A stretch of 64,000 bases of DNA from Candidatus Poriferihabitaceae bacterium (GTDB taxonomy: Bacteria; Pseudomonadota; Gammaproteobacteria; Arenicellales; Poriferihabitantaceae), in assembly GCA_965223465.1 (NCBI GenBank), contig OZ245025.1, positions 641,685 to 705,684 on the forward strand. The letters are read 5' to 3'. Positions 9,253 through 15,412 of the stretch are shown one piece after another. The position numbers were made by a program, and so were the translations under genes. Within the stretch, counting starts at the first letter, position 1, and the number at the start of each line of letters is the position of its first letter. Below the pieces are notes generated by a model that was not told the origin of the DNA, ran no database searches, and saw nothing but the letters and a program-made list of their open reading frames with translations.

Positions 9253-9669
9253 TTAAATACGCTCAGAAAGCTGATAATCGACATTGATAAAGGCGCCGAT
9301 TTCTGCCAGAAAACGAATCGTTCTGGCACCGAAACCAACGTCGGGTACCGTCTCGTCTTTGTCAACTGACAAACCCAGGACCACACAAATTCTAGGAGAT
9401 AAATTGTGACTTTTTGTGACTTCTAGGATCTTGTCTTTGGCCGGCTCAATTTGTTCGATTAGTTCGTTGGTCAATTTATAGATATCTATATCATCTATGA
9501 TTGTATCGGTCGACAACTCCCAGGAACTGATCACGGGCCTGTCCAGTCCGCTGCTTGCACCCGCCGCATTGATAGCGGTGGGCTCTATTCCTAGTAGGCG
9601 AGTTATGTCATCAGGGTTAAAATGGTAACCACTCAATGCGAAGTAGGCCCGTCCTTTATTAGATGCCAA
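9253..9669 (-). CDS. DUF4279 domain protein
   Basis: The N-terminus AYFALSGYHFNPDDITRLLGIEPT and the overall length of about 140 aa match what I remember of DUF4279. The gene is AT-rich. Confidence 0.6.
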   Translation of the reverse strand: MASNKGRAYFALSGYHFNPDDITRLLGIEPTAINAAGASSGLDRPVISSWELSTDTIIDDIDIYKLTNELIEQIEPAKDKILEVTKSHNLSPRICVVLGLSVDKDETVPDVGFGARTIRFLAEIGAFINVDYQLSERI

Positions 9670-9887
9670 GCGTTTGCCCTCATTAATGAACAGTAATTAT
9701 GGTGGGAGATTATAGCGTATAGGTCAACCATATAAATAAGCTGCTTGGTATAGTAAAACGTGCCCTTACTGACACCAATTCAATTGCCATTTAAAGCCAA
9801 TTACAGGGCATTGCTTCAGGTTTTTGTGGCCATAGGTTTCGCCTTAAGAGCAAGCTGTACTAACAGACATTGGTGCGAATTTCTTTG

Positions 9888-10316
9888 TTAAGACTTGTTC
9901 TTTACATCACCAAGTGGATGCTCTTCGAAATAATTCACAATATGAGGAATACTTTTTTCAAAACCGCCTGGTGTGTTTATGGACATAAAACCAACGATAT
10001 TTTCACTTCGATTTTCAAAGCCGTGTTCCGTTTCACCGGGGATATAAATGTACGATCCTTTTTCTACCTCAAACCAATTCTCACTTTGCAGGTAAACCGT
10101 CAGCACGCCCTTAATGACATAAAACAAATGGGCTTCTGGATGTTTGTGAATGTGCGGCCCTTCCGTATTGGGCTCAAGCCACCACTCGGACACCGATAAA
10201 GTCGAATTTGTTTCTTTAAGATCGGCTTTAAAAGTTGCAGACATCCGACCCATTGGGTAAGTACGACCTTCATCAGGGCGCAGGATTATAGGTTTTAGTA
10301 TGGTTTTCTGGCTCAT
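9888..10316 (-). CDS. cupin domain protein
   Basis: Cupin motifs H.H...E (HKHPEAHLFYVIKG) and G....P....H.F.N (YIYIPGETEHGFEN) are present. Confidence 0.8.
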   Translation of the reverse strand: MSQKTILKPIILRPDEGRTYPMGRMSATFKADLKETNSTLSVSEWWLEPNTEGPHIHKHPEAHLFYVIKGVLTVYLQSENWFEVEKGSYIYIPGETEHGFENRSENIVGFMSINTPGGFEKSIPHIVNYFEEHPLGDVKNKS

Positions 10317-10450
10317 TGCTTTGCTAAGTGCTATTAATTCCTAACCAATCAGACCACCCCGCAGGTAGCTCGTTAACACCGGTCATCGTTTTGAACTTCT
10401 CCACAGGGCAGGAATGACCTTAAACATGCAGTAATAAATGCTAAATCTGT

Positions 10451-11143
10451 TTAATCAAGGGATCTTTCTATGGCAGCAATGCAGTGTAATTCGGTTGTTG
10501 CAAACGAAGGAATTCTTATCTCTTCTGATTGTATTAGTAAGGGTATTTCCGTACAACCCAGAATGACTCCTTCTGCCCCAGCCTCATATAAACGCTCGAT
10601 AACATCAAGATATCCTATTTTTGTAGACGCATTAAGGATATTCATTACCAGTTCGTCGTAAATTCGTGCGTGAATATAGTCTCTGTCTGCCAAATTTGGA
10701 ATCAGGACCTCCACACCATGTTTAGCCAGAATATCTGGATAAAACTCGCTCTCCATGGTCTTCATTACGCCCAGCAATCCAACCTTTTTTAAGCCTCTGG
10801 AAACAATAGCTTGTGCAGTTACTTCAGCTATATGTAGAAAAGGGATTTGAATTTTGGGTGCCACATGAGGAACAAATCTATGCACATCGTTACAAGAGAT
10901 GACAATAAAATTTGCACCAGCATGTTCAAGATTTCGACACGCATCAAGAATCATTGAACAGGCTGACGCCTCATCTTGGCGTTCAATAACAGCATCGACA
11001 TAATTCTGGCGGTTTAAGCTTTCCAATACGATTCTGGCGGAAGTCACTCTACCTATTTGGTCCTGCATTAATTCATTCAAACGTCGGTAATACTCTGCGG
11101 TAGATATCCAACTTAGCCCACCCAATAAACCAATCTTCTGCAT
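10451..11143 (-). CDS. aspartate/glutamate racemase family protein
   Basis: The N-terminus is MQKIGLLGGLSWISTAEYYRRLN, and two catalytic-Cys contexts are present (IVISCNDVH and ILGCTEIPLL). The gene starts 44 nt after the last clear attC. Confidence 0.85.
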   Translation of the reverse strand: MQKIGLLGGLSWISTAEYYRRLNELMQDQIGRVTSARIVLESLNRQNYVDAVIERQDEASACSMILDACRNLEHAGANFIVISCNDVHRFVPHVAPKIQIPFLHIAEVTAQAIVSRGLKKVGLLGVMKTMESEFYPDILAKHGVEVLIPNLADRDYIHARIYDELVMNILNASTKIGYLDVIERLYEAGAEGVILGCTEIPLLIQSEEIRIPSFATTELHCIAAIERSLD

Positions 11144-11186
11144 ATTATCTGGATGCTTTAAAGTTAATTGTCATTGGTTTCGTATC

Positions 11187-11243
11187 GCCTAACGTCTAAA
11201 TCAGCGCCCGCTTTCAGCGGTGCGCTGTATTTCCTTGTTAGAG
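11187..11243 (-). repeat. integron attC site (57 bp) of the Mrr cassette
   Basis: The plus strand reads GCCTAAC-43 nt-GTTAGAG, with internal imperfect inverted repeats (cagcgc/gcgctg, ccgc/gcgg). The minus-strand R'' box CTCTAAC contains the Mrr stop codon, and the R' box is GTTAGGC. Confidence 0.75.
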
Positions 11244-12071
11244 GTTTTCAAAATAGGACTCATTTACAATAACTTCCTCGATTACCTTTTCCTTTACTTC
11301 AATTCCAATATTTAATTCTTTCAGTTTAGCAACCAAATCTTCACCATCAATCATATCCAATGGAGGAGCCCCATCTCTTTGGGCTTCTCTTCTCGCTTCT
11401 CGAGTAAATGTTCCGGTAGTTATTAGCAACCCTTTATCAGCCCTTCCTACCATAGCACCTCTAAAATCTCTAACTATCGACGGAGATATCGAACCCTTGT
11501 AACGTTTACATTGAAAAATTACATGGAATGACAACAATCCACCAATTCTTACTACACCTTTACCGTCAATCCCCCCATCTCCAGACTTTCCAGTAACTTC
11601 AACTGAGGTAAATCCGGATTCTCTCAGTATCCTTTGGCACAATCGTTCAAAAGCATCAGGAGGAATATTTTTAACTATTGTTAATACTTGGTCCTCCCAT
11701 AGTAATTCTTCTAGTTCTTCGGGCTCTTTATCTTTCTTACTAGGAGCAGATTTTTTATCCAAATTTTGAACAAACTTTTTTACTTCGTTCTTTTCGACAG
11801 AAGTGCGCTTTTGCCCTTCGGAAGTGATAGCCCAAATCCCGCGAGAAGAATTCGTTATTACTCCAAATCGTTTTAGGTAGGTTCTAGCCCAGGCTAGACG
11901 ATAACTAAACTTAGTTCTATTTCCTCGATGTATTTCAGCAAGTTCTTTGTCGGTCATCAACAAGATTTCAGCAACCTTTTCTTCCTGTTCGTCAATCGAA
12001 GCGGAACCTCCTAGGTCTCTAATAGCTATAAAAAGAGGTTCTAGAAGGTCATCATATTTTGGAACTGCCAT
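11238..12071 (-). CDS. Mrr-like (type IV) restriction endonuclease
   Basis: An Mrr_N-type winged-helix N-terminus (LLEPLFIAIRDLGGSASIDE...FSYRLAWARTYLKRFG) is combined with a C-terminal Mrr catalytic core (GDGGIDGKG...FQCKRY...). AGGAG precedes the ATG, and the stop lies inside the attC R'' box. Confidence 0.85.
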   Translation of the reverse strand: MAVPKYDDLLEPLFIAIRDLGGSASIDEQEEKVAEILLMTDKELAEIHRGNRTKFSYRLAWARTYLKRFGVITNSSRGIWAITSEGQKRTSVEKNEVKKFVQNLDKKSAPSKKDKEPEELEELLWEDQVLTIVKNIPPDAFERLCQRILRESGFTSVEVTGKSGDGGIDGKGVVRIGGLLSFHVIFQCKRYKGSISPSIVRDFRGAMVGRADKGLLITTGTFTREARREAQRDGAPPLDMIDGEDLVAKLKELNIGIEVKEKVIEEVIVNESYFENL

Positions 12072-12086
12072 AAATTTCTCCTAGAC

Positions 12087-12215
12087 CTCTAACGTTTTGA
12101 ATATGGGGCGACTTGCAGCGCGCTTAGTAAATGTAAGCTAACTAGCACATTGAAAAAGCGCGCTGTAAGGCGTCCCAGCTGGCCACAAGCCAGCGACATC
12201 ATTCTCTTGTTATGT
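12087..12215 (-). repeat. integron attC site (129 bp) of the HNH cassette
   Basis: The plus strand reads CTCTAAC ... GTTATGT, with a long imperfect inverted repeat (ggggcgacttgcagcgcgctt / aagcgcgctgtaaggcgtccc). The HNH stop codon lies in the minus-strand R'' box ACATAAC. Confidence 0.8.
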
Positions 12216-12947
12216 GCGATTTTCAATCACCTGCCCTAACTGTTTAATACTCAACGCGGGGCGCGTAATATGAATCATTGCATGACAATTAGGGCATACA
12301 GGAACCAAATCGTTAATCGGGTCTAGTTCGTATTCTTCACCGATTTCGGATATTGGAACGATATGGTGGACGTGTATATAGTTTTTTCCGATTTCACCAT
12401 AAGCTTTCTCGAAATCGAAAGAGCACACCGCGCATTTATAACCATGATGCGCTAAGCACCTTGCTCTTGCGTCGGCGCTTCGCTCGTATTGATTTACAGT
12501 CACAGTTTTCGAAGCACCCTCTTTAAATATCTCTTTAGGATCTACTTCTTCAGCTAATCGCGTTCCATGTGATTCGTCCGATGCGTACCAGCAATTATCA
12601 ATACGAATAAGTTTTTTATCAAACAGCTTTCGGGTGAAACCTTTTATTTTTGCTGGTGCGCCTTCCTTTTGACCGGCCGCTTCATACTCCATTGGAAATG
12701 TTTTGAGTTTGTACCCTTCCTCTTCTATCAGCCGTATATGCTCCCGTGATTGGGGATATCCCGGTTGTTTGGCATCCTTGCGACTATACTCCCAGTCCTC
12801 GCTCAGGATAAGGGTCATGTTGCCGTCATCGTATACATCCCAAGCGCCGAAAATAATGAATTTTTCAGTCTCATTTATAAATGACCAACTCCACATCCAA
12901 TTCTTACAAGTTGCACCTTGAGATTCGATGAACTGCTTTCTACTCAT
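12210..12947 (-). CDS. HNH endonuclease with an unrecognised N-terminal domain of about 150 aa
   Basis: The C-terminus (CAVCSFDFEKAYGEIGKNYIHVHHIVPISE...DLVPVCPNCHAMIH) is an McrA-type HNH/zinc-finger nuclease. I could not place residues 1 to about 150 in any family. Confidence 0.85.
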   Translation of the reverse strand: MSRKQFIESQGATCKNWMWSWSFINETEKFIIFGAWDVYDDGNMTLILSEDWEYSRKDAKQPGYPQSREHIRLIEEEGYKLKTFPMEYEAAGQKEGAPAKIKGFTRKLFDKKLIRIDNCWYASDESHGTRLAEEVDPKEIFKEGASKTVTVNQYERSADARARCLAHHGYKCAVCSFDFEKAYGEIGKNYIHVHHIVPISEIGEEYELDPINDLVPVCPNCHAMIHITRPALSIKQLGQVIENRT

Positions 12948-12968
12948 GTGGTATCCCAGTTCTTAAGC

Positions 12969-13041
12969 ACATAACGCCTCGCATCAGCGGCCAAATGCAC
13001 GCGTAGCGGGCATTTGGTCCGACTGCATGCGCTTGTTAGGC
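12969..13041 (-). repeat. integron attC site (73 bp) of the acidic-protein/protease cassette
   Basis: The plus strand reads ACATAAC ... GTTAGGC, with the inner inverted repeat ggccaaatgc/gcatttggtcc. It lies 17 nt downstream of the protease stop. Confidence 0.8.
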
Positions 13042-13057
13042 ATGAGTATCGAACTCA

Positions 13058-13984
13058 CTACGGCATAGCATCCACCCGCAGGTAGTTGCCTCGGCCGTTA
13101 TTATTTTCAACTAGCTTGACACAATTAGTTACTGAAAAAGTAACCATGGTTGCATGAAAAGCAGATAGAACTTTCTCTTGAAGATCTTGGTCGCTTTCTA
13201 AATTAGAGACTCTAAGCCCAATTTTCTTCGCTGTGTCGATATTGATAGGTCGGCCATGTGTTTTATGTAAATTAGCGTTTGCAAGCCATGCTGCAATTTC
13301 CTTTCCAGGTCTTTTTGCTACCGGCCTTCGCTTAAACATGTTTGCGTTTAGCCACTCCTCAACCTTCTGTTGTGATAAAACCAATGTGGTTTTACAAATA
13401 TTAAGAAATCCATGAGGGTAGGCTTGTATTTTTGTAACCCATAGTGGTGCTGTTTTTGGATCAGCCGTTATTTCCTTTTTTGCTTGCTCAAATTCGTCAA
13501 GAATGGCTTGAGCGGGAGCAGTGAAACTGCCATTGACAGTCGGGAAAGTTACTTGTGGGTCGATTGGTCCAATAGCAGAATGCTTGCCCATTACTATTTC
13601 ATCACAAGCGCATGCGATCATAGTTGCTGCGGACATCGCATTTTGCGGAACGATGGCCCGAATATGCGTGTACTTGCTTCTAAGATATTGTACAAGTTGT
13701 TCCGCTGCCTCCATTGAGCCACCCGGGCTATGAAGTATTAGATCTAGCTTGCTATTGGTAAGTCCGTGTATCGCTGACATAAACCCTTGTATATCTTGGG
13801 TTGTTACAGAAAGAACGTTTGCAGGAAGATTTGCACTGTTGCTGGCAGTAAATGCCGTTGCATAGATTATTGTATCTCTGCCAGTGTATGCAGATAGGTC
13901 AGATAGATACTGGCGCCTTATCGTATCTTGAGCTCCACCTTTTGCTTCATGTATTTCAGTCCTTATGTCATTTAGTGTTGGCAT
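13058..13984 (-). CDS. SDH-family / ClpP-fold (SppA-like) serine protease
   Basis: The core LDLILHSPGGSMEAAEQLVQYLRSKY...IVPQNAMSAATMIACACDEIVMGKHSAIGPIDPQ matches the serine-dehydrogenase-proteinase (PF01972-like) Clp fold. GGAGGA lies 8 nt before the ATG, which sits inside the upstream small ORF. Confidence 0.8.
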   Translation of the reverse strand: MPTLNDIRTEIHEAKGGAQDTIRRQYLSDLSAYTGRDTIIYATAFTASNSANLPANVLSVTTQDIQGFMSAIHGLTNSKLDLILHSPGGSMEAAEQLVQYLRSKYTHIRAIVPQNAMSAATMIACACDEIVMGKHSAIGPIDPQVTFPTVNGSFTAPAQAILDEFEQAKKEITADPKTAPLWVTKIQAYPHGFLNICKTTLVLSQQKVEEWLNANMFKRRPVAKRPGKEIAAWLANANLHKTHGRPINIDTAKKIGLRVSNLESDQDLQEKVLSAFHATMVTFSVTNCVKLVENNNGRGNYLRVDAMP

Positions 13985-14159
13985 CTCCAGTGTCCTCCGT
14001 TGATACTGTCAATTTAAACTCCTTAGCCGATGCAGAAGCTTCTAAAGCGATGGCGATGCTTTCAGCTAACTTTTCAGGAATGTTTTCTGATATCAGTGAA
14101 AGTAGTTCTTCGCGTTCGGCTTCTAAGTCTCTGTCAGTTGAATCTTCGGTTTCAGTCAT
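13968..14159 (-). CDS. small acidic protein (about 63 aa), translationally coupled to the protease
   Basis: The ORF overlaps the protease start by 17 nt. The track start at 14171 abuts the attC directly; ATG at 14159 has GAGGAAAAAT upstream. The sequence is very Asp/Glu-rich (TETEDSTDRDLEAEREELL...) and no family was recognised. Confidence 0.55.
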   Translation of the reverse strand: MTETEDSTDRDLEAEREELLSLISENIPEKLAESIAIALEASASAKEFKLTVSTEDTGDANTK

Positions 14160-14171
14160 ATTTTTCCTCAT

Positions 14172-14241
14172 GCCTAACGCCTTTAGCAGCGGACCGAAAA
14201 GCCGCTAGGCTTTTTGTGTCCGATGCCTAAACTTGTTAGGT
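14172..14241 (-). repeat. integron attC site (70 bp) of the membrane-protein cassette
   Basis: The plus strand reads GCCTAAC ... GTTAGGT, with the inner pairing tttagcagcggac / gtccgatgcctaaa. Confidence 0.75.
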
Positions 14242-14250
14242 GTGCCTTTG

Positions 14251-14733
14251 TTAAGCAAATGCCCATAAAATAGTACCTACAACTGCTGAGAAAACGATGA
14301 TGTAATCTACAACTTTCTCTAGTCTATCCATAGTTTGATCAATGTACCACATACGGCCATTATTCTGATTGAAGAACTCTTTTGGCTTTGCTAAATGATA
14401 AATAGTCCATGAATCAGTATTTACAATCACTTTGCCAGACCTGTATTGCTGGGCAGTAATTTCTATGTTTTTTGTAGGCTTGTCATCTGCATCAACTTCA
14501 AGATAGATGTATTGTGTAGATTGCCCAGGTTGGACTTGGTTTACAAAGCGTCGGTGGCCTTTGTCGTGGAATACTTCTGCTATTATTACTCCGCAAATTA
14601 ATAGGGCGCCAGCTCTATCAAGTGATAGGTATGGAGTTGCACTCAAAGGAACGGCGAGCCATCCACAAGCCAAAGGTTTCCAAACGCGTGAGGCAAATGT
14701 ATACCAATGTTTAAGATTTCTCAGTTTTAACAT
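14251..14733 (-). CDS. hypothetical membrane protein (about 3 TM) - orphan cassette ORF
   Basis: The track start at 14760 is TTG and lies inside the attC R' box, so I prefer ATG at 14733 (MLKLRNLKHWYTF...). Hydrophobic segments flank a soluble insert of about 80 aa. Confidence 0.55.
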   Translation of the reverse strand: MLKLRNLKHWYTFASRVWKPLACGWLAVPLSATPYLSLDRAGALLICGVIIAEVFHDKGHRRFVNQVQPGQSTQYIYLEVDADDKPTKNIEITAQQYRSGKVIVNTDSWTIYHLAKPKEFFNQNNGRMWYIDQTMDRLEKVVDYIIVFSAVVGTILWAFA

Positions 14734-14748
14734 TTTACTTCCAAGTAC

Positions 14749-14823
14749 ACCTAACGCCAAGTTAACCGGCGCGCGATAGCGCGTCCGAGCGAGGAACGAG
14801 CGCTGTTGAACTTTTTGTTAGGG
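14749..14823 (-). repeat. integron attC site (75 bp) of the lipoprotein cassette
   Basis: The plus strand reads ACCTAAC ... GTTAGGG, with the inner inverted repeat aagttaac / gttgaactt. The lipoprotein stop codon lies within the minus-strand R'' box CCCTAAC. Confidence 0.8.
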
Positions 14824-15300
14824 CTTCTCTGCCTCAAGGTGCCTATTCCTCTCGATTCTTTTTGGAATGAAGTTCTCTTGAACAATACCTTTGGAGAATA
14901 ACTCATCCCACTTTTTTCGTGACTCCGCTTCAAAATAGAAATAACCATCATAGCCTAGAATTTTGAAGAACCCACCGTAATAGCTCAATGCTAATAGACT
15001 TTCTTTACCATCACGCACTCTAGCTACAGCTAATCGACTTCCTTTCCACAGCACCCACTCATTCTTATAGCGCGCCTGCGGTGCTAGAAGCCTAAAGTGC
15101 TCAGCTTCAATGGTGGCTTGAAATGCGTTTTCCAGTTCGTTCTTAGAATATTTTGTACCGGAGAGCCCTTCTAGATCATAGACCGTTATAGATTCAATTT
15201 TCTTTGAGATTCCTACGAGATCTGGTGGCTCGGATTTACAGGCTGCAATAAGCAAGCCACAAGTAATAAGAATCATCCATTGCCATGATCTCCGTTTCAT
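14818..15300 (-). CDS. hypothetical lipoprotein (160 aa) - orphan cassette ORF
   Basis: The track ORF (to 15486) runs across an attC and into the RT gene. The internal ATG at 15300 gives MKRRSWQWMILITCGLLIAAC|KSE, a signal peptide plus lipobox. No family was recognised. Confidence 0.6.
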   Translation of the reverse strand: MKRRSWQWMILITCGLLIAACKSEPPDLVGISKKIESITVYDLEGLSGTKYSKNELENAFQATIEAEHFRLLAPQARYKNEWVLWKGSRLAVARVRDGKESLLALSYYGGFFKILGYDGYFYFEAESRKKWDELFSKGIVQENFIPKRIERNRHLEAEKP

Positions 15301-15308
15301 TCTAGTAG

Positions 15309-15381
15309 CCCTAACGCTTGGGCTCAGCCGACCCGAAAACGCGCCAGCGTTTTTGGGGTCGGCTGGAGCCCCTTGTTCGGC
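15309..15381 (-). repeat. integron attC site (73 bp) of the RT cassette
   Basis: The plus strand reads CCCTAAC ... GTTCGGC, with a strong inner inverted repeat gggctcagccgaccc / ggggtcggctggagcccc. Confidence 0.8.
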
Positions 15382-15412
15382 CTTTTTTGGACTGGAAAAC
15401 CAGCACTTAGAT

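Noticed and set aside
9858-9893. attC-like pair TACTAAC ... GTTAAGA, with the cupin stop codon inside GTTA, as in genuine cassettes.
   Set aside because: It is only 36 bp end to end, with no convincing inner inverted repeat. That is shorter than any functional attC I know of. It is kept only as a possible decayed remnant.
10349-10388. attC-like pair TCCTAAC ... GTTAACA between the racemase and cupin genes.
   Set aside because: It is 40 bp long with poor arm complementarity. It also does not match the GCCTAAC box predicted from the preceding R' site.
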